A stretch of DNA of 33,492 nt from an uncultured Muribaculaceae bacterium (GTDB lineage: Bacteria; Bacillota_I; Bacilli_A; RF39; UBA660): positions 1 through 33,492 of the forward strand of contig CAZWKF010000002.1 of assembly GCA_964634785.1 (NCBI GenBank), read 5' to 3'. Below are positions 8,769 to 17,420 of this stretch, piece by piece (position 1 is the first letter of the stretch; every line of letters starts with the position of its first letter). Below the pieces are notes generated by a model. The model had not been told where the DNA came from. It was given only the letters and a program-made list of their open reading frames with translations, and made no database searches. The position numbers and the translations under genes are program-made.

Positions 8769-10562
8769 CTATAGTCCTCCTCCACTACCGAAGGAATCTA
8801 ATTCATCTTGTGTAAGTTCTACATGAATACGCATTCTTCTTGATCCACAGACAAACAATGCTTCTCCTTGTGTATACGATTTAATACTTTCTTTTTCAGC
8901 ATCATTTAAATCAATTAATTTTGACAAATCTTCTACTGCTTGTTTACGAAGTCCCATGATTAAGTAATAAGAAGCATTATCAAAAATTGCTTTTCCATGC
9001 ATAATGACGTTTTCCGCTGCAAAGTCTGTCGGCTGTTGAGTAATAATAATCGTTCCTGTATTGTATTTGCGACTTCTTCTTTGCATCTGTGCTAAATATT
9101 CTGCTCCCAACTCGTTATTGCCAGAAAGAAGGATATGGGCTTCATCAACCATCATTACAGTATTCTTCGATTTATCTAAACAGAGTCCCCAAGCATATTT
9201 TAAAATATTGAAGAACAATGCATTGCGGATATTAGCATCACTGTTCATAACCTCTTTTATATTAAACACAATAAAGTCTGTATTCGGATCAACCGTTGTA
9301 TGTCCATTAAAGTAATAACGAAGTTCATTGACAAATGGGCGAACACGAAGTTCAAGTCTTTCCATCACATCTTTTTCTCTTGTAGCTTCTGGCATTGAAA
9401 GAAGTTTTCCCTTAATGGTAGCATAGACATCATCAAAGATTGGATAATTATCTGGTTTAAAATTAGCAAAGTTTGTATCGAAATCAATTCCAAAACGCTT
9501 ATAAGTCTCTTGAACGACCTCGGAAAACATAGCAAGCACATCATCTTCAATGGCAGGTGAATAATACTTCATGAAGGCTTTTAAAGACTGTAATGTTCTT
9601 GTTAATACAGTATAGCCAAGTCCTTGAGATAATTCCTCTTCATCTGAATCGACAATAACTTCAAGAGGATTAACCATACCATAAACGCCACCCTTACCAA
9701 GATCGACATTCGTTCCCCCATTTGTCTTACACAAATACTCAAGTTCATTTTCAGGATCAATACAGACAATCTGATATCCATTACGAATATGATTACGCAA
9801 CTGCAATTTAGCAGCTGTTGATTTTCCAGAACCTGATGTACCTAGCATAATCATATTGGCATTATTTCGATTATGTTCTTTTTTTATTTGATACAAGAAT
9901 TGATTAAATAGAACGACTCCACCTGAGAAATCAATTCCAAAAAGAGTCGATAGCCCAGGATCCTTTATGCTATCAAAAACAAAAGGATACATGGCAGCAA
10001 TCGTTGGTGCCGGAATAGGAATCCCAATACGTGACTCTACATCCTGTTTAGGGAATATTGGAAGCATTGATTTCAACACTTTTTCCTGTTCAAACATCAT
10101 AGGAATTGCACGCATATTTAAAGCAGATAAGAAGCTCTTAACCGATAATTTCTTTGCATCTAGTTCATCTTGTGTATCAGCAACTATCATAATATGCATT
10201 TGAAAATCAAAGATTTTTGATTGTGTTGCCGCAAGCATTTGAACAAAACTTTCCATTGATTCATAATCAATACGAATACGTTCCTTTAATGTCGCATCAT
10301 GCTCTTTTGACCAAGCTTCTTTTAATTCAGCAATCTCTTTATTAATCGTCTTTTGCATCGTGGCAAAGTCAATAGGAATGTGCTTAATACTAATTTTTAC
10401 TCCTGGAATAGAAGTAATATTGCTTAAAAAACCAGCTCCAATAATTTTAGGATATTCTAGCACAGTCAATATAGTAGCATATTTATCACTGATCATAAAT
10501 TCATTGATTTTAAAATTCATTCCCTTAGGAGCTATTTCACTTTTTAGTGACGCTTTAGACAT
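8769..10562 (-). CDS. virB4: VirB4-family T4SS ATPase, C-terminal (ATPase) part
   Basis: Walker A GTSGSGKST and Walker B MMVDEAH. The start overlaps the upstream stop by 8 nt (ATGTCTAA). Confidence 0.9.
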   Translation of the reverse strand: MSKASLKSEIAPKGMNFKINEFMISDKYATILTVLEYPKIIGAGFLSNITSIPGVKISIKHIPIDFATMQKTINKEIAELKEAWSKEHDATLKERIRIDYESMESFVQMLAATQSKIFDFQMHIMIVADTQDELDAKKLSVKSFLSALNMRAIPMMFEQEKVLKSMLPIFPKQDVESRIGIPIPAPTIAAMYPFVFDSIKDPGLSTLFGIDFSGGVVLFNQFLYQIKKEHNRNNANMIMLGTSGSGKSTAAKLQLRNHIRNGYQIVCIDPENELEYLCKTNGGTNVDLGKGGVYGMVNPLEVIVDSDEEELSQGLGYTVLTRTLQSLKAFMKYYSPAIEDDVLAMFSEVVQETYKRFGIDFDTNFANFKPDNYPIFDDVYATIKGKLLSMPEATREKDVMERLELRVRPFVNELRYYFNGHTTVDPNTDFIVFNIKEVMNSDANIRNALFFNILKYAWGLCLDKSKNTVMMVDEAHILLSGNNELGAEYLAQMQRRSRKYNTGTIIITQQPTDFAAENVIMHGKAIFDNASYYLIMGLRKQAVEDLSKLIDLNDAEKESIKSYTQGEALFVCGSRRMRIHVELTQDELDSFGSGGGL

Positions 10563-11148
10563 CGCTCATCACCGTCCCATATTCTATTCTTTTACTATCA
10601 TTTAAGAAACTATCCATTAAGACACGAACATCATCTTCATTAATTTGTCTTGAAACAAGTCCAGCTCCTGCTAACCCAGAAATAATGTTATGAATTCGCT
10701 TTTGCATCACTTCTAGATTTTTAGGTGTATCTTTAAATAATAGATAAAATTCTGTGTCAACAGCATTAATTGCTGGTCCTGTAAACATATCACACTTATT
10801 AATATCTTGGAGAATAAGTTTTCGTACTTGTGGAGATGTTTCTTCACGATTAAGCATTACCTCTAGTTCGGATTTATAAAGGTTAATATCGACTGGGCGA
10901 TCACAACAGATAAGCCAGAATTCAAAATTAAGTGTATTATAGAAATTTCTCAATTGATAAATAACTCTTGTTTGTGTTTCCTGATCACTAATAAAGATAT
11001 TTCGTGGTTCTATCTTAACTCCAGTTACAAGTTGTTTTCCTTCCAACATCTTTCCTTCTACTTCGATAAATCCTCCACGAATATTCGTTACTGGAAGCCA
11101 ATCTTCCGTATATTTAGAACTATCTGTCTTTTTGTCTTTCGTCTTCAT
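10555..11148 (-). CDS. VirB4 N-terminal-domain-like protein (separate ORF)
   Basis: WLPVTNIRGGFIEV...VTGVKIEPRNIF pattern, as in the N-terminus of Gram-positive VirB4 proteins. An ATG at 11148 sits 5 nt after GGAG and is preferred to the GTG at 11154. Confidence 0.65.
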   Translation of the reverse strand: MKTKDKKTDSSKYTEDWLPVTNIRGGFIEVEGKMLEGKQLVTGVKIEPRNIFISDQETQTRVIYQLRNFYNTLNFEFWLICCDRPVDINLYKSELEVMLNREETSPQVRKLILQDINKCDMFTGPAINAVDTEFYLLFKDTPKNLEVMQKRIHNIISGLAGAGLVSRQINEDDVRVLMDSFLNDSKRIEYGTVMSDV

Positions 11149-11440
11149 ACACACTCCAACCTTTCCAATAATAGGTTCTCCTATTACTTAAGAACCCATA
11201 GATATTTGCCGTTAATGTCCACATATTTCGATGGTTTGGAACGGGCAAAACCATCGCTCCTGTCACCAATGCAGGGGAAAAGCAGACAAGCAAATCACTG
11301 ATTGTATCTGTCGGTAACAAAAATAGCAAGATCGTCGTTATCCCTATTCCTGTACCAAAGATAATCAAATCAATGGGTTCAAACAATCCCAAAAGAAGCA
11401 TTGATCTTTTCGAATTTGCAGGAATCATATATTGATTCAT
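11120..11440 (-). CDS. PrgI/TcpE-like small two-TM T4SS membrane protein
   Basis: 106 aa. AAGGAGGAG RBS. Two hydrophobic helices. Positioned directly upstream of virB4, as in Tn916/pCW3-type loci. Confidence 0.55.
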   Translation of the reverse strand: MNQYMIPANSKRSMLLLGLFEPIDLIIFGTGIGITTILLFLLPTDTISDLLVCFSPALVTGAMVLPVPNHRNMWTLTANIYGFLSNRRTYYWKGWSVYEDERQKDR

Positions 11441-11455
11441 TTTATCTCCTCCTTT

Positions 11456-11881
11456 TTATTTTCTTTGATAAGCATCTAAAATCTTTTTTATCTTCTCTAA
11501 TTCTTTTACTAAGTATTCATAATTCACATAGATTTCCGTAGGTGATAAAGTTACTCCATCACCAAAGGCCAGTTGTAATCTTGCTCTTTCAATTTTGTGA
11601 AATCTCACATATTGACTCAATTCTTTTTGAACTTTTCTTAACGCCTTATTTTCATCAAGCATCTTAGCAATTAACTTCACTCTTTTTACACGATACTTCA
11701 GTTCAATATCTCTTTTTGAATATCGACTCTTGCCAAGAAGTACTTGATCTAAAAGCAATCTTTCTTCGTAGTCGATTTCTTCCATCGCATCTTTATCGAA
11801 AAGGACAATGTATTCAGCTAAACGATTGTATTCTTCTGCAAAGTTTTGTAATACGGGTAATTCAAATCGGTTATAGTCCAT
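11456..11881 (-). CDS. Hypothetical cytoplasmic, helical/coiled-coil protein
   Basis: 141-aa ORF tightly packed within the T4SS operon. No recognisable motif. Confidence 0.45.
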   Translation of the reverse strand: MDYNRFELPVLQNFAEEYNRLAEYIVLFDKDAMEEIDYEERLLLDQVLLGKSRYSKRDIELKYRVKRVKLIAKMLDENKALRKVQKELSQYVRFHKIERARLQLAFGDGVTLSPTEIYVNYEYLVKELEKIKKILDAYQRK

Positions 11882-11889
11882 AACTTAGC

Positions 11890-14076
11890 CTACTTACTTT
11901 CCTTTTTACTTTCTTTTTCTTGTTGTTTTATTTGACTAGTAATAATAATATTTTGTTGTTGTCTTCCCATCTCTTTAGAAACATCTTGTAGAACACCAAT
12001 TTCTTGAACTGTTGCTGTATGATTTTTATCACTCAATTTCTTTATTAATTGATCAACAGTGGTAAGACCCAAACTCTCCACTTTCTTATTCAACAACTTG
12101 GCATTATCACTGCTGATATTTGCCATATTCTTAGATAAATCTTTAAGCATTGTTGCCATATAAGTATTGGCAGCTTCTTTATACTCCCCATTAACAGCTT
12201 TTGTAATAGCTTTACGCTTTTTCTCTTTAAATAACGTCTCTAATTGTTCCTTACTCGTGTATGTTTGAAGATTTCCATTTTCATCTGCATACTTGGCTGT
12301 TCCATTACGTAATAATTCATCCTTTAAAGTTTTAAGTTCATTATCTAAGCTATCCATAGTTTTCTTAGCTAGCTCAGTATACTTTTTCAAATAGTCATTC
12401 ATTTCTTTTAACGAATCACTGGCAATATTGGCATTGACTTGAGCACCAATTATAGCATCTCTGAATTCACTAACATTTTCTGTAATGTTTTCGCCACGAT
12501 TGCGAATACGATTTGACACTCTTTCGCCAAAATTGGCTCCTAAGTTTTCATTGGCATTGTAAGCAGCTACTCCCGATGCTGACCCTCTAGTCGCCGCATT
12601 GGCAGTATCTTGTAAAGACACTTTTCCTGTACGATTTTTATAACCACCTTTTCCTCCAGCGATAATACCACGTGGAAGATCTTTAAGAGCATATCCAGCG
12701 GACCTTAGGCCAATATGTGAATGGTTGTCACTCGCATTATCATTGTTTTCCTTTAATACACTATAACGGTTCTTAAACGATTGATAAGTAGCAGCAATTC
12801 CACCACCTATAGCTCCTACACCAATTGCACCAGCTTTCATTCCATACTCATTTGATTCTAAGTTCTTCTTAATGCCTGGTTTAAAGTTCATTCCGGCAAA
12901 CATACCACTGTTGCTTGAGAAGACATCCTTGAAGAGTTGTGGACAATCTTTTGCAAATTTTAAAATACCAAGGATTAATAAAATATTTGCCAAACACTGT
13001 GTGGCTATACCGCCTGGCACTCCATCATTACTATCCCAAATAATATTCCAAAACGATGGAACTAATTGAATCAGTGTCACTGCAAGAAAGACAATAGCCA
13101 AACGAACAAATAGTTCGAGATAAGTCTTCTTCAACTGACCAAACCAAGCATCAAATGTTTTCTTTCCCGCAGGAAAGACATTCATAAGAACAGGGATTGG
13201 CGCAATAAGCTGTAACACACCCAATTTAACAGCACGTACACCTAAATCAATTGCAAAACTAATGAAGAACCAAGCCGCAATGACTGCTGTAATAACGCTG
13301 AGAATCCAACCGTAATACATTCCGCCTTCTTCATTAATGGCGAGTTGTAAAGTATCATTTAACGCAAGTGGTGCAATAGAAGTCATCAATGTTCTCTTAA
13401 GACCATTTTGTCCACTTGTATAGTTCTGATACCATGTATTCAAAGCTCCTGCATATGCTTCACAAGTTTCTGGATTTCCTGCTGTCTCATCATCTCCGCC
13501 ACCTTTTTTGCATACATCTATGGCAACTTGAATATCATCCTTCCCTATAAACTCGCCTTTTTCATCAAAATAATCCGAATACTGTGTATTTTCCGGATGG
13601 AAATTAGAAGAGAATAACATCATCGCGATTTGTTGTCCAGGGTCAGTTCCTAACGTTCCTCCTTCATCAAGAATTAATGCTTCAATCGTATGGTTGTCTA
13701 AAACATGCTGTTGGAATACAGAAAGATAGCCAAATATCGTAGGTAAGATAATGATCAAAAGGATGGAAATAATGGTCTGTTTCACTAACTGTGTGGCAGA
13801 TTTTCCTGATTTTCCATCTGGATCTATAATGAGCATAATCAAATAGTAGGCAAAGACAAAGATCATAACAATAGAAATCGTTTGATAAATACGTTCTGTA
13901 ATATGATTAAAAAGATCCTTTCCTCCAGGAGTTCCAAAAATATCAACTTTCGAAATGGCATAAAAAATAGAATAAGAAAAGGATACTAAAGAATAGGCAA
14001 TCACATCAAAAACTTCAAGCAACAACGAGGCAAAAAACTTTAAAAAATACCCAATAGCAAAAAAGGACACATTCAT
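11890..14076 (-). CDS. VirB6/TrbL/TcpH-like polytopic T4SS membrane protein with a Gly-rich and coiled-coil C-terminal half
   Basis: Multiple TM helices over the first ~400 aa. First gene after the promoter. An ATG at 14076 sits 8 nt after GGAG and is preferred to the GTG at 14085. Confidence 0.62.
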   Translation of the reverse strand: MNVSFFAIGYFLKFFASLLLEVFDVIAYSLVSFSYSIFYAISKVDIFGTPGGKDLFNHITERIYQTISIVMIFVFAYYLIMLIIDPDGKSGKSATQLVKQTIISILLIIILPTIFGYLSVFQQHVLDNHTIEALILDEGGTLGTDPGQQIAMMLFSSNFHPENTQYSDYFDEKGEFIGKDDIQVAIDVCKKGGGDDETAGNPETCEAYAGALNTWYQNYTSGQNGLKRTLMTSIAPLALNDTLQLAINEEGGMYYGWILSVITAVIAAWFFISFAIDLGVRAVKLGVLQLIAPIPVLMNVFPAGKKTFDAWFGQLKKTYLELFVRLAIVFLAVTLIQLVPSFWNIIWDSNDGVPGGIATQCLANILLILGILKFAKDCPQLFKDVFSSNSGMFAGMNFKPGIKKNLESNEYGMKAGAIGVGAIGGGIAATYQSFKNRYSVLKENNDNASDNHSHIGLRSAGYALKDLPRGIIAGGKGGYKNRTGKVSLQDTANAATRGSASGVAAYNANENLGANFGERVSNRIRNRGENITENVSEFRDAIIGAQVNANIASDSLKEMNDYLKKYTELAKKTMDSLDNELKTLKDELLRNGTAKYADENGNLQTYTSKEQLETLFKEKKRKAITKAVNGEYKEAANTYMATMLKDLSKNMANISSDNAKLLNKKVESLGLTTVDQLIKKLSDKNHTATVQEIGVLQDVSKEMGRQQQNIIITSQIKQQEKESKKESK

Positions 14077-14134
14077 GATCATCACTCCTGAAAAAACAGC
14101 TTATGTTTTCTTTCAATTACAATACACTAACATA

Positions 14135-14163
14135 ATTATAACGGAATTAAAAGTGTTTTACAA
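14135..14163 (-). promoter_or_regulatory. Sigma-A-type promoter for the T4SS operon
   Basis: Minus strand reads TTGTAA, a 17-nt spacer, then TATAAT. An 8-bp hairpin (14152-14173) followed by TTTTAATT overlaps the -35 and could terminate the upstream tmk-like gene. Confidence 0.5.
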
Positions 14164-14215
14164 TAAAAACACTCAATTTTAGACAAATAAAAAGGATAAT
14201 TTACAAAAATGCAAA

Positions 14216-15163
14216 TTATCTTGTCAATCTTTTCATCACTTTTTGATAAACTTCTTCACTTATTTCTTCTGGATTTTTGATATTTTCAAGTGTTGGAGCT
14301 TCTTCCGGTTCTCCTCTAAGGCATTCAATGGTTTCAAAGTCATAAAGATTAGCTACTTCAACAAAGGCTTTCTCAGCATGATATAAATGTTCCATATCTC
14401 GTTCATTTTCGTCCATCTTTTCAGCTCTTAATTTTTTAAGAAGATTAGCATAATCTGTTGGCATATGTAAAAATATTCGAGCATCACTTTGAGGAAGCCC
14501 TAAAGCCCTAAATTCTAAATCAGCAATCCATTCATATATTTCTTTTCTAATTTTATCATCCAGTATCTTTCCTCCTTGATGTCCCATATTTGAATACGTA
14601 TAACGATCTAACACAATGTTAAATCCCTGATTCAGAATGCTTTCCATAATAGGCATATTGGCTTTTCTATCTGCTGCATAGTAAAGAGTTGAAACCATAG
14701 CATCTACATTAGGTGCTCCCTCAGAAAACCAACCATGAGATAAAGAACTCATTACTTTATCTAAGGTTATTGAAACAAGCACCATATCCTCTAATGATAT
14801 TTGAGGTAATCTTTCTTTCAATGCATTCTTTAATGATTCTTTTATAACCATCATCTCTTCAGAAGAAAACTCCTCTGGATGAAACATCTTTAAAACATTA
14901 AAAATATGTTCTAGATTACAACTACCTGATTTTAATCCACTAAAGATATTTTTTGTTTCACTATAGATCATTTCTTCTGCTAAATAAGGTTTCCCTAGAT
15001 ACGGAAATCCCACAATTCTTCCAGTTGCTGAAGCATAATCTGGGAAACTATAGTAAACAGACTGTTTTCCATCCTTTTTTAATCTTTCAATTAGTTTTTT
15101 CGATTGTGTTTCTTTCCCTGATAAGTCAGTTCCTTCAATAACAATTAATTTTCCTCTTTCCAT
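14216..15163 (-). CDS. Thymidylate-kinase-family (dNMP kinase-like) protein with a ~75-aa internal insertion
   Basis: P-loop IVIEGTDLSGKETQ, then YYAADRKAN and VLDRYTYSNMGHQGG, which are Tmk signatures. 315 aa, against roughly 200-215 aa for typical Tmk. Confidence 0.72.
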   Translation of the reverse strand: MERGKLIVIEGTDLSGKETQSKKLIERLKKDGKQSVYYSFPDYASATGRIVGFPYLGKPYLAEEMIYSETKNIFSGLKSGSCNLEHIFNVLKMFHPEEFSSEEMMVIKESLKNALKERLPQISLEDMVLVSITLDKVMSSLSHGWFSEGAPNVDAMVSTLYYAADRKANMPIMESILNQGFNIVLDRYTYSNMGHQGGKILDDKIRKEIYEWIADLEFRALGLPQSDARIFLHMPTDYANLLKKLRAEKMDENERDMEHLYHAEKAFVEVANLYDFETIECLRGEPEEAPTLENIKNPEEISEEVYQKVMKRLTR

Positions 15164-15196
15164 GTTTAACTCCTTTGGTGTATACTTTCTAAATTC

Positions 15197-15225
15197 ATTA
15201 TAAAAAGAATTCCAACAAAATACAA
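15197..15225 (-). promoter_or_regulatory. Candidate promoter for the tmk-like gene
   Basis: Minus strand reads TTGTAT, a 17-nt spacer, then TATAAT, ~30 nt upstream of the AAAGGAG RBS. Confidence 0.4.
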
Positions 15226-15394
15226 GAAAAAAGCCACTTTTTCTAAAAAAATTCTAAAATGATGAGTAATTTCGATTTTTTTTGTGTATATATTAATTAG
15301 AAGGAGAAAATTCCTTCTAGAGAAGATTTACTGATAACTATCCTTTCTAGAAATCATGTACTACACCCTAAAATACTAGTGAATCTTCTCTTTT

Positions 15395-15838
15395 TTATTT
15401 TGTTTTAAAAAGAACACGATTCAAGAAAAGAGATTCCATATCTTCTAAATCCTTCTTTTTCCCTCTAATTATTTCTGTTTTATCAAATAGAATTTCTCCA
15501 TCAGAAAGAAGATAATCCATTCGAGAAAGACTTTCTCTTTCATAAAAAATTGTTTCTTCTACCATATTTCCATAGAAATGAATAGGTAAATCCATTGAAA
15601 TACTCTCTAAATACGCATTATAGGATTCCATTGAAAAATTGTCTATTGAATCTAAAATAACATAGAAGACAATATTTATTCCCTTTTTAACATTTGTTTC
15701 CATTCCTTCAAGATCGTCACACATAAAAACATTCATAAATACACTTTTAATTCCTTCATTCTGATAAAAAGTGTCTCTCACTTTTTCGATTGTTTCCTCA
15801 AGTAGACTTGCACTTTCTTCATTTAATCCAATTATCAT
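15395..15838 (-). CDS. Hypothetical protein (147 aa)
   Basis: GTGAGGG RBS. No recognisable catalytic motif. Confidence 0.45.
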   Translation of the reverse strand: MIIGLNEESASLLEETIEKVRDTFYQNEGIKSVFMNVFMCDDLEGMETNVKKGINIVFYVILDSIDNFSMESYNAYLESISMDLPIHFYGNMVEETIFYERESLSRMDYLLSDGEILFDKTEIIRGKKKDLEDMESLFLNRVLFKTK

Positions 15839-15875
15839 ATTCCCTCACTATCTTATATTTATTACTTAATACAAG

Positions 15876-15894
15876 AAAAAAGAAGCTATTCATT
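15876..15894. repeat. Direct repeat copy 1 (aaaaaagaagctattcatt) flanking the Fic cassette
   Basis: Perfect 19-mer identical to 16621-16639. Imperfect similarity extends ~12 nt further left. Confidence 0.85.
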
Positions 15895-15900
15895 CACTTC

Positions 15901-16570
15901 TTATTCATTCAAAGCTATTCCATCAATACTGGTTTCATATAGCCATTCTTTTAAATCAATATTATCTCCTACTTCATAAAATTTAATCAACTTTTCAAAA
16001 AATAGACTCTGATTATCTTGAGAAATGGAAATAATTCCACAACCATGGTCAATCATAATCTTATTGGCAAACAACATAGCAACACGTTTATTTCCATCGA
16101 TAAACATCTGTCTTCTCATCACCCATAACATAATTTCAATGGCAATTTCAGTTTTACTTTTTTCAGGTTGTCCCAATATCCCTTCCATCTCTTCTTTAAT
16201 CTGACTTTCAATAGGAAATGGAGGTTTCCATGTAGTTCCTCCTATTAACAGGAGTTGTTCTAACTCTTCCTAGTGTTTGTTCTAACACTAATTTATCACA
16301 AGTAAGTTTATGAAGTTGACATAAAAATTTAAAGTCATACTCAAGTCCTTCATTTTCTAAAATAAATTGCCAAGCATATTTTAAATTATTAATGGCAATA
16401 ATATGATCAACAGTAAGACCATTTACAACACCACCATCGTAGATAACCTGTGTTTCTGAATAAGTAACAGCAATTCCTTCTAAATTGGCACTTTTCCAAA
16501 TATAATCTACAATGTTTCTCTTAGCAACAAAAATATTTTGTTCTCTTGTTAAATGATATTTATCTTGCAT
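15901..16570 (-). pseudogene. Fic/Doc-family gene disrupted by a frameshift
   Basis: ORFs 16208-16594 and 15901-16188 join as ...GRVRTTPVN-IGGTTWKPPFPIESQIKEEMEGIL... if the frame is shifted near 16243. Fic motif present as QMFIDGNKR. Own RBS (GGAGGA, ATG at 16570) and an extended -10 (TGgTATAAT, 16593-16601). Confidence 0.75.
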
Positions 16571-16620
16571 ACTCAAGTCCTCCAATAAAATCATTATACC
16601 ATTTTAATAAAACTTATACT

Positions 16621-16639
16621 AAAAAAGAAGCTATTCATT
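16621..16639. repeat. Direct repeat copy 2 flanking the Fic cassette
   Basis: Perfect 19-mer identical to 15876-15894. Each copy lies 7-8 nt downstream of a stop codon and forms the distal arm plus U-run of a weak hairpin. Confidence 0.85.
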
Positions 16640-16646
16640 AGCCTCT

Positions 16647-17348
16647 TTACTCTGTTTCTTTTTTCTTCGTTGTTTTCTTTGTTGTTGTCTTCTTCTTTGT
16701 TGTTTTACTTGCTGTTTTTTCTTTTTTAGGTTCCTCTTTTTCGACAGTAGAAGTTTCTTCTATCATTTCATCCATTTCTTTTTTATTTTTCATACTGGCT
16801 ATGATAATGATAAGAACAATAACGCCAGTAATACCAAGAATAATATAACCTGCTACATTTTGATTAGGTCCTTCAGGTAAACAGTTATTCTTTCCCTCTT
16901 CTATACAGGTAACGACGTCTTTATCTCCTTTTTCATACGCTTCATCAATGACAGCTTCTAGATCACTGCTATAAGCCGTCTGGGCATAAATGTCACTGAT
17001 AACGACAAAAGGTGTTCCATCATAAGAAGCATCTTTAAATCCAGCTGCGTTAAAAGCATTGGCTACTTTAACCCCTAGATTATAATCCTCTCCATGAGCC
17101 CAAGACTCCGTTTCTGTCGTTTTATAAAGTTCTTTTTTTACAATCGTAAACTTCTTATTTAAAGATTCTAATCCTTCTAAGTATTCCAATTGTAATTCAC
17201 AATATTGACATCCATCCTTTTGAAAGACATAAACCTTTACTAAGTCCTCAGGAAGTTTTGTCGTTGTCGTAGTTGTTTTTCCTTTTGCAAAAGTAGTCAT
17301 TGGTACTAAACAAAGTACAGCAAGTAAAGCAATTATATATTTTTTCAT
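16647..17348 (-). CDS. Extracytoplasmic thioredoxin-fold thiol-disulfide oxidoreductase, C-terminally membrane anchored
   Basis: Signal peptide. VYVFQKDGCQYCELQ (CxxC). GTPFVVI (cis-Pro loop). C-terminal TM helix and a K/T-rich tail. Confidence 0.72.
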   Translation of the reverse strand: MKKYIIALLAVLCLVPMTTFAKGKTTTTTTKLPEDLVKVYVFQKDGCQYCELQLEYLEGLESLNKKFTIVKKELYKTTETESWAHGEDYNLGVKVANAFNAAGFKDASYDGTPFVVISDIYAQTAYSSDLEAVIDEAYEKGDKDVVTCIEEGKNNCLPEGPNQNVAGYIILGITGVIVLIIIIASMKNKKEMDEMIEETSTVEKEEPKKEKTASKTTKKKTTTKKTTKKKETE

Positions 17349-17420
17349 TTCATTCTTTCCTTTCTGTACATTATTATATCACATATTCAAAAATTGTTCA
17401 TAAAATTAGAGATTTACACT

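Noticed and set aside
15257-15298. 13-codon micro-ORF (MMSNFDFFCVYIN) in the 231-nt intergenic region as a possible type I toxin or leader peptide
   Set aside because: It has no RBS, is too short and only weakly hydrophobic, and nothing can be checked for conservation.
16647-17348. The membrane-anchored 233-aa protein as a holin partner for the adjacent GH25 lysin
   Set aside because: It has a cleavable signal peptide, a thioredoxin-fold CxxC/cis-Pro signature and a single C-terminal anchor. This is not a holin topology.
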